In this document: piece by piece, positions 1-9,563 of the stretch | Position numbering within the stretch: the stretch's first letter is position 1 | Layout: each line of letters opens with the position of its first letter | Source of the DNA: Idiomarina loihiensis L2TR | GTDB lineage: Bacteria > Pseudomonadota > Gammaproteobacteria > Enterobacterales > Alteromonadaceae | Assembly: GCF_000008465.1 (NCBI RefSeq) | Contig: NC_006512.1 | Location: 1,830,001 to 1,862,000 of the forward strand | DNA: 32,000 nt | Direction: 5' to 3' | Made by a program: the position numbers and the translations under genes | The notes under the pieces: model-generated | Told to the model about the DNA's origin: nothing | Database searches by the model: none | What the model saw: the letters and a program-made list of their open reading frames with translations, nothing else

Positions 1-75
1 CCATACGCCATGCGCAACAATACCTGCGATTGCCAAGATCCCAAGAATACTGAGGGTTATTTGTAAACTGCCCAT
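1..75 (-). CDS. zipA: Cell division protein ZipA, N-terminal membrane anchor only (gene runs off the window start)
   Basis: Reverse-strand ATG at 75..73, preceded by GGAG with a 5-nt spacer. Translation MGSLQITLSILGILAIAGIVAHGVW resembles the E. coli ZipA N-terminal anchor (..IIVGAIAIIALLVHGFW). It lies directly downstream of smc, the usual gammaproteobacterial smc-zipA order. It is absent from the ORF track because it is truncated. Confidence 0.55.
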   Translation of the reverse strand, partial: MGSLQITLSILGILAIAGIVAHGVW

Positions 76-99
76 TTTTGCTCCATCAAGCTTATTTTG

Positions 100-3000
100 T
101 TATCCGGCGTCTGTCATCGCCACAGCCTGTTCAACATCAACCGCTACCAATCTCGAAACGCCCGCTTCCTGCATTGTTACCCCTGCCAGATGGGTAGCCA
201 TTTCCATTGCCACTTTATTGTGACTTATATAAATAAATTGCACCGATTCCGACATTTCACTCACCAGACGGCAGAACCGTCCTACGTTGGCATCATCTAA
301 TGGCGCATCAACCTCATCTAACAGGCAAAAAGGTGCCGGATTCAAGCGAAATATCGCGAATACCAATGATAATGCGGTCAGTGCCTTTTCTCCACCGCTA
401 AGCAAATGAATTGTACTGTTTTTCTTGCCCGGTGGCCTTGCCATGATGGTAACCCCGGTTTCCAGTAAGTCATCATCGGTAAGTTCCAGAGTGGCACTGC
501 CACCACCAAAAACTTTCGGAAACAGAATTTGTAAATCATGGTTTATCGCATCAAAAGTGGTTTTAAACCGATGTCGCGTTTCCTTATCAATCTTACGAAT
601 CGCCGCTTCTAAAGTGTCTAGCGCCGATGATAGATCATCCACTTGCTGGTCGAGGTACTGTTTACGTTCTCTTTGCGCTTCGGCTTCATCAATTGCCGCC
701 AGGTTAATAGCGCCTAAGCGTTTTATTTTATTTTGTATTGACTCCAGCTCTTGCTGCCACTGCTTTTCATCAGCGTCGGAAGAGAGTTCTTCCAGTATAT
801 TTTTCAATGTAAGGCCTGTTTCAGCCAGCGTTTCCAGCACAGCCTGACTACGTTCCTGCAATTTAGCCTGCTCAATTTCAGTACTCTGCATAGCCTCTTT
901 GGCCTGGCTTATTTTGACCTGAATTGCAGATTGTCCTTGAGTTATTTGCTGCAAGTCGTGCTCTAACCGCGACAATTGCTGACGTTGTTCCTGCAATTGT
1001 TCTGAAACTTCACCACGCTTATCCAGCAATTCGGTTAACTGATCATCAAGAGCACTCTGATTTTCATCTGTCTCGTTAGTCTGTTGCTCACTGCGTTCCT
1101 GCCGAAGTTGCTGGTAACGTTGTTCACTGCGCTGCAGTAATTTCTGTAACTGTGCAGCCTGAGCCTGTAAATTCTGCTGTTGCATTGTCATCTGCTGCTG
1201 TTGGCTACGCAGTTGCTGTAACTGTTCATCTTCGGCACGCACTGTAGACTCCAGTTGCTCACCGTAGTCTTCATCAACCTGCTCCGTTTGCTCCAGTAAC
1301 AACTCATACTCTTCCAACTGCATTTCGATTTGCTGTTGCTGCTCAGCGGCGTTTTCCGCATGCAATCGTTGCTCTTGCTGCTTATCTCGCAGACTCATTA
1401 ACTGCTGCTGTATTTGCTCGGCCTGCTGTAAGTTCCACTGCAGCCGCTCTTCAACTTTCCCCTGCTCGTTACGGGTCTGTTGAACCTGCTCATTAACCTG
1501 CTCCAGCTGCTCTTGCGCCTGTTCAACCTGCGTCTGAGTTTGCTCCAGCTGCGTTTCACTTTCAGACAACCTGGAAGCCAGCACTTGCAGTTGTTCTAGT
1601 AAATTTTGGCGCTGTGTCTGCAAATGAAGAACACTGTTATCTTCGTCAACTCGAGCCGCGATAAAACCGTCCTGCCAATACCAATTGCCGGTTTTTGATA
1701 CCGCAAAACTGGCATTGCTTTGTTGTAATTGCTGCTTCGCATCAGCATCCTGTTCAATCGCCAGACACTGCTGCAACGGCGCCCAATAACGTAACGGACC
1801 TTTAACCTTACTGGCCAGAGACCAGTTTTCAGGCTCTTGTCCACTCACAGGCCACACCAGCTTCACCCCAGAAACCGCTTTCAATTCTTCCGGAGTTTGT
1901 TCCAGAACCACGGCATCCAGCCAGTCGTAAGCCAACTGCTCAACCGCCATTTCCCAGCCACTTTCAGCCTGCAGTAACTCCCTCACTTTCAAGCTGTCTG
2001 GATAGTTTTGCTGTAACCATTTTTCACTGCGGCTATCGTTATTTTGCTTCCCTTCCAACAGTTGCTCAATGGCTGTTAACTGAGCCTGAGCTTTATCTTG
2101 TTGCTGCTGATTCTGTCGGTGCTGTTGCTGCTGTTCTTTAAACCCTTGCTGCAGAGCCTGCAGTTGCTGCTTACTGTGCTGATACCGAGTTTCTTCCTGC
2201 TCCAGCTGACGTTTTAGTTCGACCAGAGCCTGTTCGTTCTCGTCAACAGATAATGCTTGTTCCTGTTGCTGCAACTCTTGTTGCTGGCTGTGAAATTGCT
2301 CCACTTGTTGCAACGCATATTGTTGGCTCTGTTTCAGCTGCTGCAGTTTAAGTTGCGCCTGCTGTTGCTGTTTTTCGACATCGCGTTGCTGCTGTTGCTG
2401 CTGTCGTTGTTGTTGCTGCCACTGACGCCATTTCTCATTAGCTTGCTGAGACTGTTCAGCCACGCTTTCCATCTGTTCCTCAACCTGCTCCAGTTGTGGC
2501 TCCAGCATCAGCTGCTGTTCTTCCAATTGTTCTCTTTGCAGGCGATCATCCGCCAACTGCTCATTAAGCTGATCTATTTCTTCATTTAACTGCTGTTGCC
2601 GCTGGCTGCGCTGCTCTTTTAGTTCTTGCTGATGTTTCAAAGTTTGTTCAATACGGGTAATTTCATTGCCCACTGAAAACATTTGTTCCTGCGACAGCTC
2701 TACTCTGTCGCGCGCTTCTTCAGCCTGCTCTTTCAGTTCAATAGCGCCCCGTTCATCACCACTTTGCTGTGCCTGCCAGCGTTCAAGCTCGGTTTGTTGT
2801 TCGGCGTATTGTGTCTGCAACTGCTGTCGTTGATTATCCAGTTTTAGCCAGCGTAGGGCCTGCAGTTCACCTTTAAATTTACGCTCACTGGCTTTCAACT
2901 CCTTGTAACGAATGGCAGCCGCGGCCTGACGCTCCAGCTTCTCCAACTGTTGACCCAGCTCTTCGCGAACGTCACTCAAGCGCTCCAGGTTCTCGCGCGT

Positions 3001-3558
3001 ATGCAGCATCCGGTTTTCAGTTTCTTTGCGACGTTCTTTGTATTTTGAAATGCCTGCGGCTTCTTCAATAAACACCCGCAGTTCCTGCGGACGTGATTCA
3101 ATCAGGCGGGAAATCATGCCCTGCTCAATAATGGCGTAGCTGCGCGGACCCAGCCCGGTTCCCAGAAATAAATCGGTAATATCACGGCGACGACAACGAC
3201 TGCCGTTCAAAAAGTAATTAGACTGGCCGTCACGGGTCACCAGGCGCTTAACCGAAATTTCATTGAATGCCGCGTACTCGCCCTGAATACGTCCCGAACT
3301 GTTATCAAAAACCAGTTCGACACTGGCCTGAGAGACCGGCTTACGGGCACTGGAGCCATTAAAAATCACGTCGCTCATGGCATCGCCACGCAAGTTTTTT
3401 GCTGAACTTTCACCCAGCACCCAGCGCACGGCATCAATCACATTGGATTTGCCACAGCCGTTCGGACCGACGACGCAGGTCATTTGGTCAGGAAAGGGAA
3501 CTTTGGTTGGATCCACAAAGGATTTGAAGCCAACTAATTTGATGTGTTTTAGGCGCAT
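100..3558 (-). CDS. smc: Chromosome partition protein SMC
   Basis: 1152-aa ORF. It has an N-terminal Walker A (GPNGCGKSN), a C-terminal ABC signature (LSGGEK) and Walker B (FCLLDEVDAPLD). Two long coiled-coil arms flank a central hinge-like segment. The arms are unusually Gln-rich. Confidence 0.95.
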   Translation of the reverse strand: MRLKHIKLVGFKSFVDPTKVPFPDQMTCVVGPNGCGKSNVIDAVRWVLGESSAKNLRGDAMSDVIFNGSSARKPVSQASVELVFDNSSGRIQGEYAAFNEISVKRLVTRDGQSNYFLNGSRCRRRDITDLFLGTGLGPRSYAIIEQGMISRLIESRPQELRVFIEEAAGISKYKERRKETENRMLHTRENLERLSDVREELGQQLEKLERQAAAAIRYKELKASERKFKGELQALRWLKLDNQRQQLQTQYAEQQTELERWQAQQSGDERGAIELKEQAEEARDRVELSQEQMFSVGNEITRIEQTLKHQQELKEQRSQRQQQLNEEIDQLNEQLADDRLQREQLEEQQLMLEPQLEQVEEQMESVAEQSQQANEKWRQWQQQQRQQQQQQRDVEKQQQQAQLKLQQLKQSQQYALQQVEQFHSQQQELQQQEQALSVDENEQALVELKRQLEQEETRYQHSKQQLQALQQGFKEQQQQHRQNQQQQDKAQAQLTAIEQLLEGKQNNDSRSEKWLQQNYPDSLKVRELLQAESGWEMAVEQLAYDWLDAVVLEQTPEELKAVSGVKLVWPVSGQEPENWSLASKVKGPLRYWAPLQQCLAIEQDADAKQQLQQSNASFAVSKTGNWYWQDGFIAARVDEDNSVLHLQTQRQNLLEQLQVLASRLSESETQLEQTQTQVEQAQEQLEQVNEQVQQTRNEQGKVEERLQWNLQQAEQIQQQLMSLRDKQQEQRLHAENAAEQQQQIEMQLEEYELLLEQTEQVDEDYGEQLESTVRAEDEQLQQLRSQQQQMTMQQQNLQAQAAQLQKLLQRSEQRYQQLRQERSEQQTNETDENQSALDDQLTELLDKRGEVSEQLQEQRQQLSRLEHDLQQITQGQSAIQVKISQAKEAMQSTEIEQAKLQERSQAVLETLAETGLTLKNILEELSSDADEKQWQQELESIQNKIKRLGAINLAAIDEAEAQRERKQYLDQQVDDLSSALDTLEAAIRKIDKETRHRFKTTFDAINHDLQILFPKVFGGGSATLELTDDDLLETGVTIMARPPGKKNSTIHLLSGGEKALTALSLVFAIFRLNPAPFCLLDEVDAPLDDANVGRFCRLVSEMSESVQFIYISHNKVAMEMATHLAGVTMQEAGVSRLVAVDVEQAVAMTDAG

Positions 3559-3703
3559 TCAGTTGTTTTTATTATCAATTTAATACGACGGTTTATTATC
3601 ACAAGACTCTAGCAGATCCGGTAGCCATTTGTAACAATTTAGCCCGCACATTGCCATTGTATTGCCTTATTATACTAAGCAAATTAAAACCTCTGGAGTT
3701 TTC

Positions 3704-4444
3704 ATGCAAAAAGCAGCCTACAGCAACTCGGGATTAGCTTACATAGGACGCGGTTTAGAACTTATCCGAACCAAAGGTCTGCGTCGCTATGTTGTGGTGC
3801 CTATTCTGACCAACCTTATCCTGTTCTCACTTGCTTTCACCTGGCTGTATGGCGAAGTCGACTATTGGCTGAACCGCTTTATGAGCTGGCTGCCCGACTT
3901 TTTCCAATGGCTGGAGTTTATTTTATGGCCACTGGCGGTTATTACCATTATTGCGCTCTTCTCGTTTATTTTTAGTACCATCATGCATTTAATTGCAGCC
4001 CCTTTTAACGGACTTCTGGCGGAAAAAGTGGAACGCTATGAAAGCGGCGAGAGCTTAGGAGACGAGGGATTCTTAGGTTTGTTTAAAGACATTCCAAGGA
4101 CTTTAAAACGGGAAATGCAGAAACTCATGTATTACATTCCCCGAGCACTTGGCTTTTTTCTGTTATCGCTCGTTATTCCGGTAATTGGACAGGTCCTTTG
4201 GTATATCTTTGTCTGCTGGATGATGTCGATACAATACTTAGATTACCCGTTCGATAATCACAAACTGTCGTTTCCGCGTATGCGGTCTGAATTACACCAA
4301 CAGCGCAGTAAAACACTAGGGTTTGGATTCGGGGTAACCGTGCTGACTATGATACCGCTGATTAACCTGATTATTATGCCGCTGGCGGTTTGTGGAGCAA
4401 CCTCACTGTGGGTTGATCATTATCGTCGCAGTGCATTAAGTTGA
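3704..4444 (+). CDS. cysZ: Sulfate transporter CysZ
   Basis: The track ORF 3662..4444 starts at TTG. The in-frame ATG at 3704 has a GGAG at 3695..3698. The product matches E. coli CysZ along its length (AAPFNGLLAEK, YLDYPFDNHK, MPLAVCGATSLWVD). Confidence 0.9.
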   Translation: MQKAAYSNSGLAYIGRGLELIRTKGLRRYVVVPILTNLILFSLAFTWLYGEVDYWLNRFMSWLPDFFQWLEFILWPLAVITIIALFSFIFSTIMHLIAAPFNGLLAEKVERYESGESLGDEGFLGLFKDIPRTLKREMQKLMYYIPRALGFFLLSLVIPVIGQVLWYIFVCWMMSIQYLDYPFDNHKLSFPRMRSELHQQRSKTLGFGFGVTVLTMIPLINLIIMPLAVCGATSLWVDHYRRSALS

Positions 4445-4454
4445 TAAAAGTAAG

Positions 4455-4481
4455 CGACTGAGCATTGGCTCAGTCGTTTTT
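4455..4481 (+). terminator. Rho-independent terminator after cysZ
   Basis: Perfect 9-bp stem CGACTGAGC (4455..4463) / GCTCAGTCG (4468..4476) with loop ATTG, followed by TTTT. The rmuC stop codon (4470..4472, minus strand) lies inside the right arm. Confidence 0.7.
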
Positions 4482-5813
4482 CTTATCAGCATCGTCAGAT
4501 TCAATACCTTCCTGACCTGTTTCATCGGAGTCGAGGTAATCCGGGTTTAATCGCTTATTCGTTTGAACTCCCATCTGGCGGAACTTATCGACCCGACCAA
4601 TAAGGTTACCGCGCCCGGTACTCAGCTTCTTCATAGCTTCCTGATAACGGTTATCCAGAGTTTGTAAGCCGTTACCAATTTTCTCTAAGTCTTCGACAAA
4701 GCCCACAAACTTGTCGTACAAACGTGCCGCATCGGTCGCTATTTTCTCGGCGTTCTGATTCTGATACTCATACTGCCAGATGTTATGCACCGTGCGCAGC
4801 GCAACCAGTAGGTTAGTCGGGCTTACCAACATAATTTGGTTGTCCAGCGCCAGCCGGATAAGCTCCGGGTCACGATCAACAGCCAGCAAAAATGCCGGCT
4901 CAATCGGAATAAACATCAATACATAATCCAGCGTACGCAACCCTTCCAGTTGATGGTAGCTCTTTTTACCCAACTGTTTTATGTGTTGCTTCAGCGACTG
5001 AACGTGCTCATTTAACGCCCGTTCACGTTCTGTATCGTCATCAGAGTTGAAGTACCGCTCGTAGGCCGACAAACTGACTTTCGAGTCGATAATCACGTCT
5101 TTTTTATTCGGCAAATGCACAATCACATCCGGCTTGAACGACTTACCGTCTTCATCGCGGTGATGCTCCTGTGTCTGATACTCGTGCCCTTCACGTAACC
5201 CGGACTGCTCCAGAATACGCTCCAGTACCACTTCGCCCCAGTTACCTTGCTGCTTGGTGTCACCTTTTAATGCCCGGGTTAAGGCTTCAGCTTCAGACGC
5301 CATTTGGCGATTTAAGTCCTTAAGCGACATCACTTCATTTTTAAGTGCCGAGCGCTCTTTGGTCTCATCGGTATACTGCTGAGTAATTTGCTTTTTAAAC
5401 GCATCAATTTGCTGTTTGAACGGCTCTAATGTTGCCTGCAACGACTGCTGATGATGTTGCTGCAGCCCTTTGGACTTCTCATCAAAAATACGGTTGGCTA
5501 AATTTTCAAACTGCTGGGTCAGCCGTTCTTCGCTAACCTTCAGTAGGTTCAGCTTTTCTTCTGCGGTTTTCTGCTCATGCTCAGATCTAGCCAGAGTTTC
5601 ACGCAGACGGCTGTCTTTTTCATAGACTTCGAGCTGAAGTTCATCGACGCGCTCACGAAGAATATCCGCGTCTTGCTCCAGTGCCGCATTTTGTTGTTCT
5701 GCCTGTAAACGCAAACGGCGCTGCTGTTGCCAAAGCAACAACAACGCCGTAATGACAGTCACAACCGGCACTCCAATTATTGCCATCCATTGCCACAGTG
5801 CCAGCGACATCAT
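4470..5813 (-). CDS. rmuC: DNA recombination protein RmuC
   Basis: 447 aa with an N-terminal TM helix, a long coiled coil and a C-terminal RmuC-type nuclease-like region (DVIIDSKVSL, LDYVLMFIPIEPAF). There are tandem ATGs at 5813 and 5810. An AGGAG lies inside the last codons of the upstream fumarase gene. Confidence 0.9.
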   Translation of the reverse strand: MMSLALWQWMAIIGVPVVTVITALLLLWQQQRRLRLQAEQQNAALEQDADILRERVDELQLEVYEKDSRLRETLARSEHEQKTAEEKLNLLKVSEERLTQQFENLANRIFDEKSKGLQQHHQQSLQATLEPFKQQIDAFKKQITQQYTDETKERSALKNEVMSLKDLNRQMASEAEALTRALKGDTKQQGNWGEVVLERILEQSGLREGHEYQTQEHHRDEDGKSFKPDVIVHLPNKKDVIIDSKVSLSAYERYFNSDDDTERERALNEHVQSLKQHIKQLGKKSYHQLEGLRTLDYVLMFIPIEPAFLLAVDRDPELIRLALDNQIMLVSPTNLLVALRTVHNIWQYEYQNQNAEKIATDAARLYDKFVGFVEDLEKIGNGLQTLDNRYQEAMKKLSTGRGNLIGRVDKFRQMGVQTNKRLNPDYLDSDETGQEGIESDDADKKND

Positions 5814-7336
5814 TAAGCTCCTAATTTTTCATTGAGGTCAGCAATTTTCGCTTTCCAGATAGCAGGCCCTTGGGTATGCGCGTTTTGACCGTCGCTATCC
5901 ACAGCAACAGTGACCGGCATGTCTTCCACTTCAAACTCATAAATGGCTTCCATACCTAAGTCTTCAAAGGCAACAACCCGGGATTTTTTAATGGCTTTAG
6001 CGACCAAATACGCGGCACCACCCACGGCCATCAGGTAAACCGCTTTGTGCTTACGAATACTTTCCACAGCTTCAGGGCCACGCTCTGCTTTGCCTACCAT
6101 ACCAATAATACCGGCTTCTTCGAGCATCTGATCAGTGAATTTATCCATACGCGTAGAGGTTGTAGGACCTGCCGGACCAACAACTTCATCACCCACAGGA
6201 TCTACCGGCCCTACGTAGTAAATAAAGCGGTTGTTGAAATCAACTGGCAGCTCTTCACCGTTATCCAGCATACCTTTAATGCGTTTGTGCGCCGCATCAC
6301 GACCGGTCAGCAACTTACCGGACAAGAGCACGGTTTCACCCATTTTCCAGTCCTGAATGTCTTCTTTGGTCACTTCATCCAGGTTCACACGGCGGGCATC
6401 ATCACCCAGTTCAAAAGTCACATCCGGCCAATCTTCCAGTTTCGGCGGGGTTAAATCTGCTGCTCCGCTGCCGTCTAACGTAAAGTGAACGTGACGGGTG
6501 GCTGCACAGTTCGGAATTAAAGTGACAGGCTTAGAGGCTGCGTGGGTTGGTAGTGACTTAATCTTCACATCCAGCACCGTTGTTAAACCTCCCAAACCCT
6601 GAGCACCAATACCTAATGCGTTAACGCGGTTCAAAATTTCTAAACGCAGCTCTTCTTCGGCATTCTGCGGGCCGCGCTCAATAAGCTCATGGATATCGAC
6701 AGACTCCATTAAAGATTCTTTTGCCAATACCGCAGACTTTTCCGCTGTACCACCAATACCTATACCCAGCATACCCGGCGGACACCAGCCAGCGCCCATC
6801 TTCGGCAAGGTTTCAACAACCCAATCGGCAATCGAATCGCTGGGGTTTAACATGGCCATTTTCGATTTATTCTCAGAACCACCACCTTTAGCGGCAATCA
6901 TCACTTCAATTTCATTGCCCGCCACCATATCAATATGCACCACAGCTGGCGTGTTATCGCCAGTGTTTTTACGAGCGCCCGCCGGGTCAGCCACAATAGA
7001 AGCACGCAGTGGGTTGTCCGGGTTGTTGTAGGCTCGACGAGTACCTTCATCCACCATTTGCTGAACGGTCAGGTCGGTTTTATCCCATTGCACGCCCATG
7101 CCCACTTTCACAAAGCAGGTGACAATACCGGTGTCCTGGCAAATTGGACGGTGCCCTTGCGCAGACATACGCGAGTTAGTCAGCACCTGAGCAATGGCGT
7201 TTTTCGCCGCTTCGTTCTCTTCACGCTGGTATGCCTCGTCCAGTGCTTTAATAAAGTCCAGTGGGTGATAATAAGAAATGTACTGCAACGCATCGGCAAT
7301 ACTGTCAATAAAATCGGCCTGACGAATGGTGGTCAT
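5813..7336 (-). CDS. fumA: Fumarate hydratase, class I (Fe-S dependent)
   Basis: 507-aa ORF with the class I fumarase layout: an N-terminal catalytic region (ICQDTGIV, GGGSENKS) fused to a C-terminal beta-type region (GPTTSTRMD, GKAERGP). AAGAGG Shine-Dalgarno upstream of the ATG at 7336. Confidence 0.9.
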   Translation of the reverse strand: MTTIRQADFIDSIADALQYISYYHPLDFIKALDEAYQREENEAAKNAIAQVLTNSRMSAQGHRPICQDTGIVTCFVKVGMGVQWDKTDLTVQQMVDEGTRRAYNNPDNPLRASIVADPAGARKNTGDNTPAVVHIDMVAGNEIEVMIAAKGGGSENKSKMAMLNPSDSIADWVVETLPKMGAGWCPPGMLGIGIGGTAEKSAVLAKESLMESVDIHELIERGPQNAEEELRLEILNRVNALGIGAQGLGGLTTVLDVKIKSLPTHAASKPVTLIPNCAATRHVHFTLDGSGAADLTPPKLEDWPDVTFELGDDARRVNLDEVTKEDIQDWKMGETVLLSGKLLTGRDAAHKRIKGMLDNGEELPVDFNNRFIYYVGPVDPVGDEVVGPAGPTTSTRMDKFTDQMLEEAGIIGMVGKAERGPEAVESIRKHKAVYLMAVGGAAYLVAKAIKKSRVVAFEDLGMEAIYEFEVEDMPVTVAVDSDGQNAHTQGPAIWKAKIADLNEKLGA

Positions 7337-7473
7337 GGAACTGCCTCTTGGTTAACTTTTGCGTGGCGCTATAATAGCGTTTTCGCTAACAACTGACCAG
7401 TGCCACTGACCGGCGAATATTTGCTGTGATAGTATATTGGTAATGAATAACCAGCCTGAATTGCGAGCATGAT

Positions 7474-8856
7474 GTGAGTGTTTTCCCGGATCTCTGTGCG
7501 ATAAAACTTGATTGCGAAGCCTCAGCTATTGAGTTATTTCAGCGTTGTCAGCATGAAAGCTACGCTCTATTACTGGACTCTGCCGCGCAAAGCCACCAGA
7601 ACTGTGCCTACGATATTATCTTCCGACAGCCAGAACTGATTTTAAACTGCAAAGCAGGCAAGTTAAATGTATCAACAGACGCTCCTTTAGAACTACCGCC
7701 AGCCCCCGAAGACGCAGCCGAGCTTTGCCGTTATGCCGGGCAATTGAATCAGTTATCAGGTCATTATTCGGGGCCTGCTGAACTGCCTTTTCAGGGCGGG
7801 TTTGCCGGGGCTGTCGGCTATGACCATGGCCGTTCGCTGGAAGTCATACCTGAGTTTAATGCAGACATCTATCAGTCTCCCGATGCAGTACTGGCCTACT
7901 ACAGCCAGGCGTTGATTATCGATAGGCAGAGCAACGCGATCTGGTTAGTTGCACCAATAGAAGGGTCAGAAGAGCTTCGAGAATTCTGGGAACAGCCAGT
8001 AGCAACAAAAAAGCCCGACGCTTTTCAATTGCTAAGCGACTGGCAAAGCAATATGAGCGAGCAGCAGTACACCGAGAAATTTAAGGCCGTGCAAAACTAT
8101 CTGCTGGCCGGAGATGCCTACCAAATTAATTTAGCGCAACGGTATTCAGCCCGTTATCAAGGCAGTGAATGGTCCGCTTACCTTAAATTACGACAAGCGA
8201 ATTCAGCACCGTTTTCTGCCTTTATGCGCCTTCCCGGCAGCGCTATTCTGAGCCTGTCGCCGGAACGCTTTCTGCTAACCGACGCCAAGGGACTGGTAGA
8301 AACAAAACCCATTAAAGGCACGCGTCCGCGGTTTGAAAATTCGCTTAAAGATCAGGCTAGTCAGCAGGCTCTGTTAACCTCAGAAAAGGACCGCGCAGAA
8401 AACCTGATGATTGTGGATTTGCTGCGTAATGACCTCAGTAAAAACTGTAAGCCGGGCAGCATCAAAACGCCAAGCCTGTTTGCCATAGAGAGTTTTCCGG
8501 CGGTTCACCACCTGGTATCGACAGTTATTGGCAAACTGCAACCCGACCGTACCGCATTAAGTTTGTTTAACGGCGCTTTCCCGGGCGGTTCTATTACTGG
8601 CGCACCGAAAATTCGGGCCATGCAAATTATTGAAGAGCTGGAGCCCCATCGCCGTAGTATCTACTGTGGCAGTATGGGCTACTTTTCTCAGCACGGTCGT
8701 AGCGACACCAGCATAACCATTCGTACACTGCTCGCCGAAAATGATCACTTATATTGCTGGGCCGGTGGCGGTCTGGTCGCGGACTCGACAGCAGCAGATG
8801 AATACCAGGAAACCAAAGACAAAGTGTCACGCATACTGCCGGTGTTAACTTCATGA
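7474..8856 (+). CDS. pabB: Aminodeoxychorismate synthase component I
   Basis: Chorismate-binding enzyme motifs are present (SPERFL, AENLMIVDLLRND, GAFPGGSITGAPKIRAMQIIEELE). PIKGT carries Lys, as in PabB, rather than the PIAGT of TrpE. The start is GTG at 7474, since the nearby ATGs are out of frame or closed. The order pabB-nudL-sdaA matches E. coli. Confidence 0.85.
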   Translation: MSVFPDLCAIKLDCEASAIELFQRCQHESYALLLDSAAQSHQNCAYDIIFRQPELILNCKAGKLNVSTDAPLELPPAPEDAAELCRYAGQLNQLSGHYSGPAELPFQGGFAGAVGYDHGRSLEVIPEFNADIYQSPDAVLAYYSQALIIDRQSNAIWLVAPIEGSEELREFWEQPVATKKPDAFQLLSDWQSNMSEQQYTEKFKAVQNYLLAGDAYQINLAQRYSARYQGSEWSAYLKLRQANSAPFSAFMRLPGSAILSLSPERFLLTDAKGLVETKPIKGTRPRFENSLKDQASQQALLTSEKDRAENLMIVDLLRNDLSKNCKPGSIKTPSLFAIESFPAVHHLVSTVIGKLQPDRTALSLFNGAFPGGSITGAPKIRAMQIIEELEPHRRSIYCGSMGYFSQHGRSDTSITIRTLLAENDHLYCWAGGGLVADSTAADEYQETKDKVSRILPVLTS

Positions 8857-9467
8857 CAATCAATACTCGCGCAGACTTTATTCGTCGATTTAGCCTTTAT
8901 CCTTCGCCGCCGGTTGAGCGCAGAATTGATGAGCCTTTGCGCAAACGTTTGCGCCCCGCGGCGGTGTTAATCCCAATTATTGAGCGTCCGCATGGGTTGT
9001 CGTTAATACTTACCCGGCGCTCCAGCAAATTGCGCAAGCATGCGGGTCAAATCAGCTTCCCCGGAGGCCGCTTTGACGAAACTGATAGCGATTTACTGGA
9101 CACGGCTCTGCGGGAAACTGAAGAGGAGATTGGCCTGCCCCGCAGTCAAGTCGAAGTCATAGGACGTTTACACGACTACCCTGTCTTATCGTATTTTATG
9201 ATCCGACCTTACGTGGCTTTTGTCTCGCCACAACAGCCCTTGGTTGCCGAGGAAAGTGAAGTCGCTGAGATTTTTGAAGTACCGCTGGCTGATATTCTCG
9301 ATCATGGGAACCATTACGTTTACCGTATTCGAAAGTTTATCTACGACCGAGTGTATTTCATCCCCTGGCAACATCGCAATATTTGGGGCGCAACCGCCGG
9401 TATTTTACGTGAGTTATCAGAGCAACTGCAGCCCGACGGCAAAAATCACTTCAGACCACTGAACTGA
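8853..9467 (+). CDS. nudL: CoA pyrophosphatase (Nudix hydrolase)
   Basis: Nudix box GGRFDETDSDLLDTALRETEEEIGL, preceded by the CoA-pyrophosphatase motif LTRRSSKLRKHAGQISFPGG. The start overlaps the pabB stop (ATGA). Confidence 0.85.
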   Translation: MTINTRADFIRRFSLYPSPPVERRIDEPLRKRLRPAAVLIPIIERPHGLSLILTRRSSKLRKHAGQISFPGGRFDETDSDLLDTALRETEEEIGLPRSQVEVIGRLHDYPVLSYFMIRPYVAFVSPQQPLVAEESEVAEIFEVPLADILDHGNHYVYRIRKFIYDRVYFIPWQHRNIWGATAGILRELSEQLQPDGKNHFRPLN

Positions 9468-9563
9468 CCACTTATTTTTGCTTAAAACTTGATTCCCCCC
9501 ACATGAATCGTGCGACAATACTATAATAAACAGAATACGCATGCGCGACAGGTAAGGATAAAT

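Noticed and set aside
425-2589. Long antisense ORFs inside smc: 425..847, 751..966, 1596..1844 (an off-frame same-strand ORF) and 2257..2589 (Leu-rich).
   Set aside because: They are mirror images or frame shadows of the Gln/Glu/Leu-rich coiled-coil coding sequence, where CAG/CAA repeats read as CTG/TTG. They have low-complexity products and no start-site signals, and they lie wholly within a well-supported gene.
3662-3703. N-terminal extensions offered by the ORF track at non-ATG or upstream starts: cysZ 3662, sdaA 9510, cysB 11950, kinase 12034, STAS 15870, tandem REC 15882, trmD 25916 and rpsP 26774.
   Set aside because: In most cases an internal ATG gives a product whose N-terminus matches the known family N-terminus, and cysZ, sdaA, STAS and rpsP also have a clear Shine-Dalgarno. 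The kinase and tandem-REC starts are less certain. The extensions cross promoters or hairpins, or overlap upstream genes.
9523-9535. The 13-mer AATACTATAATAA occurs upstream of both sdaA (about 9523) and the kinase gene (about 11983). It looked like a shared regulatory box.
   Set aside because: It is essentially a TATAAT -10 hexamer in AT-rich context. A single repeated 13-mer in 32 kb is within chance expectation (roughly N^2/2 divided by 4^13, which is of order one to ten). I saw no extended similarity around it.
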